In this document: positions 46,998 to 56,742 of the stretch, piece after piece
Layout of the letters: every line of letters starts with the position of its first letter
Numbering within the stretch: position 1 is the first letter of the stretch
Assembly: GCA_905480105.1 (NCBI GenBank)
Contig: CAJQPC010000071.1
Span: forward strand, 55,594 to 119,593
DNA length: 64,000 bases
Direction: 5' to 3'
Source of the DNA: an uncultured bacterium
Lineage (GTDB): Bacteria > Myxococcota_A > UBA796 > CAJQPC01
Position numbers and translations under genes: made by a program
Notes under the pieces: model-generated
What the model was told of the DNA's origin: nothing
The model's input: the letters and a program-made list of their open reading frames with translations, nothing else
Databases searched by the model: none

Positions 46998-48176
46998 TTA
47001 GGGCGTCGCAAGCAGCTCCGCGACCGCCGTATAGCCACTTCTCATGGCCCCATGGACCGCGACGGTGTTCTGGGACGTGAACGCGCCTCCAGCCCAATAC
47101 AGGCGGTCATCCACGCTGGCAGACAGCGAATCGATGTCCCTCAAGGCGTCTGCCCCATAGACGTAGGCGCCCTGAATCCACGGCTCCTGGCTCCAGTTCT
47201 GGACGCGGGCGTTGAGCAGGTTCCGCGAGGCTGCACCGTCAAAGGCTGCATCCAGGTGCTGGAGGAGACGCTCCACGACCGCCTCGTCCTCCAAGCCCAC
47301 ATACTGAGCGGCTTGACGCCCGACACAGAAGAGGCTCAATAGATTCTGAGCGGACCCTTTGCGGAAGACCCCGTCCATCGCCAAGTGATCTACCCCACCC
47401 TGACCCAAGGGGCTCAACATGGTCAGGTCGGGATAGAACTTGGACTCCATCTCCAAGAAGACCTTGAGCCCGTCGACCACCTCACGCCCGTCGATGGCCT
47501 GCTGCTTCCACTCGGGAAGCTCCGGTGTGAAGGCAATGCGCCCTTGCTGCAGGATCTTCAAGGGCACGGCCAGAATCACCCGATCGGCCTGCTCGACGCG
47601 CCCGTCCTCCAGGTGGACGCTGACGCCGCTGCCCGAGGAGTCGATGGCGACCACCGGCGTGTTCAGCTGGAGCCGGTCAGCCGAGGCCGGCAGGAACCAG
47701 TCTTCCAGATAGGAATGCCAGGTCGTGCGTTTAAACTTGAACTCACCGTAGAGGTGCCGGAATCCGTCCATGGACTGCAGACGCGACCCCGTCCAGAGGC
47801 TCGTGGTCTGCGGGGCGTAGCGAACAACATCCAGGCTGGCGTTCACCCCGCTGTCATCAATGAGCTCGGCCAGCACACTGGGCTGGTCGTGGATCCACTC
47901 TGCGCCCAGGTCGATGGGCACATCCACAAAGTCATCCATGCGCTGTACGCGCCCACCCCAGCGGCTGCTGGCTTCGACAATCGTGTAGTCGATGCCGTAG
48001 CGCTCCAGCAGGTACCCGGCGGCCAATCCAGCGGCCCCGGCTCCCACAACCACCACGCGGCCCTGGAAGTTCACCGGCAAATCCCACCAGGTTCCCTGCG
48101 AGGCGCAGCCCACCGTCGGCAGCAAAGACACCAGCCCCGCGCCCGCGGCGCCCTTGAGAAAGCTCCGACGTCTCAT
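46998..48176 (-). CDS. Flavin-containing amine oxidase with Tat signal and lipobox
   Basis: 'MRRRSFLKGAAGAGLVSLLPTVGC' (twin-Arg plus lipobox). FAD motif 'VVVVGAGAAGLAAGYLLE'. C-terminal 'LYWAGGAFTS' is typical of amine oxidases. Confidence 0.85.
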   Translation of the reverse strand: MRRRSFLKGAAGAGLVSLLPTVGCASQGTWWDLPVNFQGRVVVVGAGAAGLAAGYLLERYGIDYTIVEASSRWGGRVQRMDDFVDVPIDLGAEWIHDQPSVLAELIDDSGVNASLDVVRYAPQTTSLWTGSRLQSMDGFRHLYGEFKFKRTTWHSYLEDWFLPASADRLQLNTPVVAIDSSGSGVSVHLEDGRVEQADRVILAVPLKILQQGRIAFTPELPEWKQQAIDGREVVDGLKVFLEMESKFYPDLTMLSPLGQGGVDHLAMDGVFRKGSAQNLLSLFCVGRQAAQYVGLEDEAVVERLLQHLDAAFDGAASRNLLNARVQNWSQEPWIQGAYVYGADALRDIDSLSASVDDRLYWAGGAFTSQNTVAVHGAMRSGYTAVAELLATP

Positions 48177-48760
48177 GGGTTCTCCTTCCCTGAAAGCAGC
48201 ACACCAAAATTCACCGTAAACACTGTTCCCCCATTACTTTCCCATGCAAGCTGCTGACCCACACTCAGGTCAAGGAACACCGGAAACTGCCGCGAATGCC
48301 GCCAGGACAACCGCGTAGAGAGCTGCGGTACGGCCCAAAGCTGTTGTTCCCACACACCTTCAGAGCTGCCATCGGCGAGGTTCAGGCTCCTCTCGGTGGT
48401 CCGAGACTCCAGGCCCAAGCCGACGCCCACAGTGCTGGCGATGCGCAGAGTTCCGTCATCACCGAGCCGCTGCCACTCTGCGCCAAACTGAGGCGTGAGC
48501 TGACCATGAAAGGAGTCCTTGGGATTCACCCAACCGGCGAGGTCCAGCCCACCCTGCCACCGCGTGGCACCCAGGTCCCTACGAAGCCCGAGAATCAAAC
48601 CCGGCTGGCTCAGCCAGGGCAAGGTCAGTCCCAGGCTGAGCGCCTGCGGTGAAGGTTGGACCAAGGGCTGGACCAGAGGCTCAGAAGGGGGATGCGGTGC
48701 ACCGGACTGCGCGAGTGCGAGATCAGCCAACAACAAGATCATGAGCAGCTCCGGTTGCAA
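48173..48760 (-). CDS. Hypothetical secreted protein, possibly an outer-membrane beta-barrel
   Basis: Signal 'LLMILLLADLALAQS'. Alternating hydrophobic pattern and a C-terminal aromatic-rich end. Its stop overlaps the amine oxidase ATG (ATGA). Confidence 0.5.
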   Translation of the reverse strand: MQPELLMILLLADLALAQSGAPHPPSEPLVQPLVQPSPQALSLGLTLPWLSQPGLILGLRRDLGATRWQGGLDLAGWVNPKDSFHGQLTPQFGAEWQRLGDDGTLRIASTVGVGLGLESRTTERSLNLADGSSEGVWEQQLWAVPQLSTRLSWRHSRQFPVFLDLSVGQQLAWESNGGTVFTVNFGVLLSGKENP

Positions 48761-48924
48761 CAGGCCACCAACCTGTCAGGTGACATGTGTAGCCTGTCAA
48801 CTGACAGGTTGGCAAGCAAACACAAGGCTGGCGCCCCCCATGAGGTCCTCCTGCGCACGGCTTGAGACCATGGTGCGAGCGCTTAGGCCGCAGCTCTACG
48901 GCACCCCAGCTCTACAGCGTGTCC

Positions 48925-49500
48925 TCAGCCCTGACCGGCCTTGTGCAGCTCTTGGGTCAGCAGCACAAAACCGCTGCTCTGAAATGCACGGACTACAAAG
49001 CCCGGAACGCTGCCGCTGGGCTCGTAGTGCAGCTCGTAGACCACCTTGGTACCTGTGCCTTGGGGGCTCAACTCCCACTTCCCCGTGTCCTTCGCCGGCA
49101 CCACGTTTCCGTCTTTGGCTGTGGGCTGTGTTCCGGTCATGCTCCAAGCGTGCGTGACCGTCTCGCCTGAGACCGCCCGGGAGTAGAGCAGGTGGGCCTC
49201 GCGGTCCGAGATTCCGCCGGCCACATGACGCTGGTAAACCACCGATCCTGCGCTGTCAGTCGAGACCACAGTGGCCTCGGCAATGGAGCTATGCACCTTG
49301 TCGTGTCCACCCAAGTCCGTCAGCACCGCGTCGAGAGCGGCGACGCTCACATCGCTCCAAACACACTCCGCCCGCAAGGTGGGGTAGCCGCTCTCGTTCT
49401 TGGGAGAGCGGAAGTAGTCACAGCCACTCTGGGAGTCGAACTTCTCCCAGCCTGCGGGGGCGGCAAAGGCCAGGGTGACGGTGGCGAGAAGCAAGGACAT
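48925..49500 (-). CDS. Secreted START/SRPBCC-like domain protein
   Basis: ATG 49500 gives the signal 'MSLLLATVTLAFAAPA'. Length and pattern ('...W..V....YE') resemble the SRPBCC fold. Weak assignment. Confidence 0.5.
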   Translation of the reverse strand: MSLLLATVTLAFAAPAGWEKFDSQSGCDYFRSPKNESGYPTLRAECVWSDVSVAALDAVLTDLGGHDKVHSSIAEATVVSTDSAGSVVYQRHVAGGISDREAHLLYSRAVSGETVTHAWSMTGTQPTAKDGNVVPAKDTGKWELSPQGTGTKVVYELHYEPSGSVPGFVVRAFQSSGFVLLTQELHKAGQG

Positions 49501-49613
49501 TGAAAGCTCCGGGGTCGGGTCCCCTACAGGGGAACACGAAACTACCACCCCCTGGATCCGAGACGCATTCCCTGCGCCGTGGTTGACTAAGCTGGCAGAG
49601 GCAGGAGTCCTGG

Positions 49614-50843
49614 ATGGCGGATCGGAGAGCAGTCGTGATCGGAGGCGGCATCACGGGCACCTTGACGGGCTGTGCGCTGCTGCGTGCGGGCTGGGAAGTG
49701 ACCCTGATCGAGGCCCTGCACATCGGTGCCGGATCGAGCTCCCGCACCGCCGCAGGCATTCGCCAACAGTTTTCCACCCGCGAGAGCGTGCTGGGGATGC
49801 GCTATTCAGTGGATTTTTACAAGCACTGGCAACAGAGCATGGGCCAAGACGGCCAGCCCATCGAGCAGAACGGCTACCTCTTCTTGGTTCAAGGGGAAGA
49901 CGCGTGGAAGGCGGCGCAAAAGCGGGTCAGTGACCAACAGAACTGGGGACTCACAGAGGTTCAAGCGCTCAGCCCCCAACAAACGGTCGAGCGCTTCTCC
50001 TACGTCGACCCCGAAGAGATCACCGGTGCCACCTGGTGTCCGAGCGACGGATTTCTACGCCCAGACGTGGTCTACAGCGAAGCTGCCGCCGCCTTTCGCG
50101 CCCTGGGCGGGACCCTGCTCCAAGGCAGTCCACTGGTCCAGGCCGAGCGGGCCGGAGAGCGCCTAATCAGCATCACAACCGGCAAGGGCGCCGTCCTGAA
50201 CGCCGACGTTTTTCTGGACTGCACAAACGCCTGGAGTCGCCGTGTCGGGGACATCCTGGGTGCCGCACACCTGCCCATACAGGCCCTCAAACGCTACCTG
50301 TGGTTTATCGAGCGCGGCGACTCGATGAGCGAAGCTGAGCTACTCAACATGCCCCTGATCATCTCCCCACAGGGCGCCTACTGCAGGCCCGAGAACGCAG
50401 GTTCTCTCATGACCGGCTGGAAGCACCAAGCTCCCGATGTGAGCGCCAACTTTGCCTACGACGATCAAGACATCATAGAACCCGCCTACTTCCACAAGAA
50501 CGACGCCGATTCTCGGCCCTTCGAGACCTGGATGGCCTTGGCTCAGGCACTGCCACCCGTTGGCGAGTTCGCCGGTATCTCGGCCACCACCGCGGGCTTC
50601 TACGGCACCACCCCGGACCACAACCCCTTCTTGGACTTTGACCCGCAGACGAAGAACCTGATCCGCATGGTGGGTTTCTCCGGCCACGGCGCCATGTTCG
50701 GTCCCTTCTCCGCTCAGGTGGGCCTTGCACTGGCCGAAGCAGGCGAATCCATCGACCATGTCAGGGTCTTGGGCGAGGACGCCGAGCTGGCCCCCTTCAA
50801 GATCAATCGCGACTTTGGCGCCGCCGAGGCCATGGTCATCTGA
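49614..50843 (+). CDS. FAD-dependent oxidoreductase (DAO/sarcosine-oxidase-like family)
   Basis: Dinucleotide motif 'RAVVIGGGITGTLTGCALLRAGWEVTLIE'. 'GFSGHGAMFGP' is a typical C-terminal DAO block. Confidence 0.85.
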   Translation: MADRRAVVIGGGITGTLTGCALLRAGWEVTLIEALHIGAGSSSRTAAGIRQQFSTRESVLGMRYSVDFYKHWQQSMGQDGQPIEQNGYLFLVQGEDAWKAAQKRVSDQQNWGLTEVQALSPQQTVERFSYVDPEEITGATWCPSDGFLRPDVVYSEAAAAFRALGGTLLQGSPLVQAERAGERLISITTGKGAVLNADVFLDCTNAWSRRVGDILGAAHLPIQALKRYLWFIERGDSMSEAELLNMPLIISPQGAYCRPENAGSLMTGWKHQAPDVSANFAYDDQDIIEPAYFHKNDADSRPFETWMALAQALPPVGEFAGISATTAGFYGTTPDHNPFLDFDPQTKNLIRMVGFSGHGAMFGPFSAQVGLALAEAGESIDHVRVLGEDAELAPFKINRDFGAAEAMVI

Positions 50844-50900
50844 ACCCGCGTGCGCACCGCGTTAAGTGACCGTCCCGAAGTTTTCTTAGTTGGAGGACCG

Positions 50901-53069
<2,169 letters not shown>

Positions 53070-53095
53070 GCAGAGCCACCCCGTGAGAGCCGCCC

Positions 53096-53172
53096 ACTGC
53101 GGCTGTGTACTGCGGCTGAGCCAAGCCCCATAAAGCACTGCGGCTGAGCCAAGCCCCGGAAAGCACTGCTGG
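53096..53172. repeat. Short tandem repeat array (28-bp unit, 2 full plus 2 partial copies)
   Basis: 53109-53136 'ACTGCGGCTGAGCCAAGCCCCATAAAGC' and 53137-53164 'ACTGCGGCTGAGCCAAGCCCCGGAAAGC' (26/28 identical). Partial copies at 53096-53105 and 53165-53172. Confidence 0.85.
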
Positions 53173-53213
53173 AGTTTGCCCTAAAAGCAACTCAGACAGA
53201 CAAAAGCCGAAAA

Positions 53214-53262
53214 CGCAGAAAAGCCCCGAAGCCGTTTCCGGCTTCGGGGCTCTTCATTTTCT
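53214..53262. terminator. Strong intrinsic terminator, usable on both strands
   Basis: GCCCCGAAGCCG-TTTC-CGGCTTCGGGGC (53223-53250) is a perfect 12-bp stem. On the minus strand the loop reads GAAA and the stem is followed by TTTTCTGCGTTTTCGGCTTTTG. On the plus strand it is followed by TCTTCATTTTCT. Confidence 0.8.
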
Positions 53263-54880
53263 CCGCCGTCGCTTTCGCGTCCGCAGAGAGCCTCGTTTTC
53301 CCCCGCAAGGGATTGGAGGGTGACACCCAGCCCGTGGGATTTCCTGTCAGAGAATTCGGGTACTCAAAGCTCTCAGAGTTGCCTCTGTCCGCCTCTCGTG
53401 GGGTTTACCTGAACCTTCAGGTGGCAAACCAGCATTGCTGCTGTTTGTCTGACTGTGTGCTGCGAGTCGTTGGCCTTTCTCGCGTCCCTTCTTGGGCTTC
53501 ATCGGCTCCGCCTTTTGAGCGTGCTGTTTCGATGGGACCTTCAAGGTTTCTCACACACTGCCTGCTTCGTCTTGCAACGATGCCGCCTATTGTCCTTGGG
53601 CGCCTCCTTCAGAGACTCCTTCTTGTACCTGAGCCAGCAAGTCCTTGCTCGGTTTCATCGGCCTGCAAGCAGTCCTCTGTCCGTCTCAACTTCTCTACGA
53701 AGCCTCACCTACCGGGCTGCTTCGCTGTCTCCTTCTCTCCAGGGTTCTTCCGCCTCTCCACCGACATACTCGTCAGCGCCAAATCCTGTGATTCTTCTCC
53801 AAGATGCGCCTCAACTCTTGCGAGTCGTGCAGCCATCCTGTTCTCTGAATCCAATTCATCGACTCTCTTGCGACTCAAGATTGCTCCTGCTTCGCGATGC
53901 GTCCTCTTCAGCTTGATTTGGGTTGAATGAACGGTTGGCCTCGTAGCCAGCTGTTCCCCGAGCTTGTGTCTCCACTCGCTTGTACCTCGCTTCAACGCTT
54001 GCGCGCCTTTGCAAAGTCTCACCATGCTGTTGTTTCTCTCTTGCCAGAGAGAACTGGGTACGTCCTGAGCTTTCTCTGCTCCTCGACGCTTTTCTCCGCA
54101 TCTGAGCTGCAGGCTTATTGCATCCTGCTACCGGTCATAAGGTTCGCTTCCGTTTTGCTCGCTCTTTATCCGTCCGAAAACGGGGCCAGAGTGCTCCTCG
54201 TAGCGCATGACCCTTCAAAGACTTTCCCTCTCCAGAAGCTGAAACCACGTCTCCGTAGCTCCCGTTCCCTCTTGCTGTTTCTTCAAATGACCGCGGACGG
54301 TCCTCACTCGCAATTCTCGAAAGAACTGCGCCTCAGCTTCAGGGCTTTTACTCCTCTGGGAGAGTCCGTTTCGTCCGGTACCCGTTTCCAGGCACCTTCA
54401 GATCGATTCTTCCATGGGCTTTTGGACACTGATTGCGCCGTGGTTTCCGCCCCAAAGGGTGGTCCTAAGCCAGCTTGCTTTCCCAACGAGTTGGTTCCGC
54501 GCTCTGCCCGACTGGCTCCTCGTTCTTCCTGGTGATTACCAGTGGTCCCGAGCGCCCTGTCCCCCTGTTCCACTACCCCAACAAGTGAGGGCGTACAGAG
54601 ACGCCACACATCCGATTTCTCGGTCGCTCCGGTAGGAGCAGTGCAGCAGGTCGTCTACAATCAGCAATGTCAACGTCAAAGAACGTGTTCGAGCGTTTCT
54701 CTCGGCCGACCCCAGCAAGCCGGGTGTCGGTCTCTCCTTGTGCATTGACCGTGCCAACTTTTGGATCAAGTAATTTCAGCTACTTAGCTATGTGCAGTTG
54801 AGAACTCATTCTTTACACCCTGTCCATACGACCCGCCAATTACCAAGCAAGAGAACTCCAAGTACCTAATTTTACTTGTT
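53223..54880 (-). ncRNA. Candidate large (~1.6 kb) structured non-coding RNA, class unknown
   Basis: There is no ORF with plausible composition on either strand. Hand tallies of three 60-nt lines give 20/60, 16/60 and 23/60 purines on the plus strand, so the minus strand is purine-rich like structured RNAs. GC is about 55%, lower than the flanks. A promoter-like element lies at 54887-54916 and a terminator at 53223-53250, both in minus orientation. Several hairpins were verified (see findings). Confidence 0.45.
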
Positions 54881-54886
54881 GATGAA

Positions 54887-54916
54887 ATTATGTGCACAAT
54901 TATTTACAGTGTGTAA
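54887..54916 (-). promoter_or_regulatory. Sigma70-like promoter candidate for the minus-strand transcript
   Basis: On the minus strand: TTACAC (54916-54911), 18-nt spacer, CATAAT (54892-54887). It sits inside the only AT-rich island of the window (about 54770-54960). Confidence 0.3.
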
Positions 54917-55018
54917 GTATTTTTACACTCTAAATCGACATTCACTCGCAAGACTCTAAGCCAAGCCTTCTCCCCCCCTTCAGGATGCGCTATGGTGGCT
55001 CCTGAACTAGGAGACGCA

Positions 55019-55495
55019 ATGCGCATTCACCTCTGCATCCTGCTTGGAGCCCTGTCCTTGACCGCCTGCAAGAGCGGCGTCACGGTCGAAGACAGCGACA
55101 CCGGAGAAGAGGTCGTGGACGACGGACAGTCTCCAACTCTCAGCGAGCCCAGCGCCAAGTGCGTGGAGCATCCCGATGGCGAAGGCACCGTAGACCTCTG
55201 GAACTTCCAGGTGCTCTTCGATGATCCCCAAGGGACAGAAGATGTACCCCGCAACCTCTTCAGCGAGGCCGACGTGGATGATCAGCACCACATCGAGTGG
55301 CTGCGCGACGGCAACATGGTCGACCAAGCCGGAGTAGTCGCCTGCGACCCCGACGGCGGGACCTGCACCGGAAGCTTTCCCGGCGCATCTTACGGACTGA
55401 CCTGCGCCACCGCCACCGACTGGCGCTTCCGCTTCGTGATCAAGGACTACGACGGAAACGAGGGCACGATTGAGGTTCAGGGAGCAAAGGGCTGA
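55019..55495 (+). CDS. Hypothetical small lipoprotein
   Basis: ATG 55019 is preceded by GGAG. Lipobox 'GALSLTAC'. Acidic and Cys-containing (6 Cys after the lipobox). No family recognised. Confidence 0.6.
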   Translation: MRIHLCILLGALSLTACKSGVTVEDSDTGEEVVDDGQSPTLSEPSAKCVEHPDGEGTVDLWNFQVLFDDPQGTEDVPRNLFSEADVDDQHHIEWLRDGNMVDQAGVVACDPDGGTCTGSFPGASYGLTCATATDWRFRFVIKDYDGNEGTIEVQGAKG

Positions 55496-55519
55496 ACCCT
55501 CCGAACTGAATGAGACAAG

Positions 55520-55543
55520 CGGCGCCTTCTGGGCGCCGTTTGT
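55520..55543 (+). terminator. Intrinsic terminator candidate
   Basis: CGGCGCC-TTCTG-GGCGCCG followed by TTTGT, 25 nt after the stop of the lipoprotein gene. Confidence 0.55.
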
Positions 55544-55587
55544 GCTCTGGAGTATCCCGCCGTCAGGACCCCTCTACAGAACACCTC

Positions 55588-56619
55588 TCAGCCTCCACTG
55601 ACCTGGCCTATAGCTGGAGCCCGCAACATGACGCGGTCCTGACCAGGCAGACGCACTCGGCGAAGGAGACCCGCCAGCATCAAAGGCTTGTCCACCTGAG
55701 GGACCTCGACCAAGGGCTCGCCGCGCAGGAGCTGATGGAGGCGCTCCGCTAAATCGGAGTCGGCCTTTACAATGTCGACAGCCATGCGCATCTCTTGGCC
55801 CAGCGGACCCAAGGTGCGAACCAGCCCAGCGCGGCTGCGGGGCATGGTGCCCTGGGTCTGTGCGCCGCGTCCCAACGCTTCGACAACAGCTGGGATGCCT
55901 CCGGAGAAGCGCGCAGCGGTCTCTAAGTGCACCCGAGATGATGCCCCCACGCGACCAATTATGGCTGCAGCTGCCTCGGCCTCGCCGTAGTCAGCCAGCT
56001 CGACCCTATGGCCGGTATCCAGGTCCATCCGGGCATTCACACTACCGGCGAGCAGCATCGTGGCGCGCCGCCCCCGGGGAATGCGCTGCACGTAGTTGGC
56101 CCAGACCTCGCCTAGATCCTCGATCACGTCAATCGGAAGGTATTCCGCGCCGTGGCCCAGTAGCGCTAGGTTGTGCTCGGTTTCATCCTGCGCGTGGAGC
56201 AAGATGTCCAGCGCCGCGGAGCGAAATCCACGTCCGTCAGCGACAATGATCGGACTGGTTCCTTGGTTCTGACAGCTCCGAAGCTGACCAAGCACCGAGA
56301 GAATAAAGCTCCAGGCCTCGGGCGCACGGCGGCCCTTCAGAGGACGGAAGGAAACGGTGCGGCAGCCAACGGCGGGCTCTCCAACCGCGAGATCAAGGGC
56401 GATTTCCTCCAGAAATGTCTGGGGGTTGGACCAACGCGGGGTCATCACGACCACAGGCTCCAGGCGGCGCAGGTGCCCGCGTACTCGCCGGGCAGTGCGA
56501 CCACGCAGTGCAGCCTCGATGTAGTGCTGGTCCTGGTCGAAAACAAGCTCACGACGTGCTTGTCCAACGCTGCGCTCCTGCTCGATTCGTCGTGCCAGTC
56601 GGCTAGCCGGTTGGCTCAC
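55588..56619 (-). CDS. Hypothetical protein, possibly a degenerate P-loop/STAND-like ATPase fold
   Basis: 343-aa ORF of ordinary composition. The layout resembles AAA+/STAND modules: a beta-strand 'EPVVVMTP' where a Walker A would sit, 'SPIIVADG' in a Walker-B-like position, and a helical C-terminus. No GxxGxGK[ST] is present. Fold assignment is inference. Confidence 0.6.
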   Translation of the reverse strand: MSQPASRLARRIEQERSVGQARRELVFDQDQHYIEAALRGRTARRVRGHLRRLEPVVVMTPRWSNPQTFLEEIALDLAVGEPAVGCRTVSFRPLKGRRAPEAWSFILSVLGQLRSCQNQGTSPIIVADGRGFRSAALDILLHAQDETEHNLALLGHGAEYLPIDVIEDLGEVWANYVQRIPRGRRATMLLAGSVNARMDLDTGHRVELADYGEAEAAAAIIGRVGASSRVHLETAARFSGGIPAVVEALGRGAQTQGTMPRSRAGLVRTLGPLGQEMRMAVDIVKADSDLAERLHQLLRGEPLVEVPQVDKPLMLAGLLRRVRLPGQDRVMLRAPAIGQVSGG

Positions 56620-56742
56620 AGCATCCTCCGCCGCAAAGGGATCTGGACCCTCGGGTCGCTGGAGCCTAGGGTTAGACTCTTGTCATGTCAAGGGAAACCT
56701 TGTCTTAAGGCATCCAGATCGCAACCCGGATAGACTCTCGCC

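Noticed and set aside
46853-47080. 75-aa plus-strand ORF in the convergent spacer between the IPT lipoprotein and amine oxidase genes ('...FYTALDYDQIARETDFFSDGDAKVIFAKRLY...')
   Set aside because: Part of it reads protein-like. However, its last ~83 nt overlap the 3' end of the well-supported amine oxidase gene, and no SD or family motif supports it. It is left uncalled and could be rechecked with ribosome profiling.
53313-54535. Plus-strand ORFs of 205, 153 and 202 aa, and minus-strand ORFs of 106 aa or less, inside the ORF-poor segment
   Set aside because: The plus-strand translations are Ser/Leu/Cys/Phe/Arg/Pro-rich strings, a product of the pyrimidine-rich strand. They have no domain-like pattern and no SD-supported starts. 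The minus-strand frames are short and interrupted. I treat the region as non-coding, with a decayed pseudogene as the alternative.
53223-54880. Possibility that the segment is an rRNA, RNase P RNA, tmRNA or group II intron
   Set aside because: I looked for universal 16S/23S blocks (for example GTGCCAGCAGCCGCGGTAA and the sarcin-ricin loop), the RNase P 'GAGGAAAGTCCGGGC' core, a tmRNA tag frame and intron domain V. Only a trivial 'GGAAAGTC' match was found, and no reverse transcriptase ORF is present.
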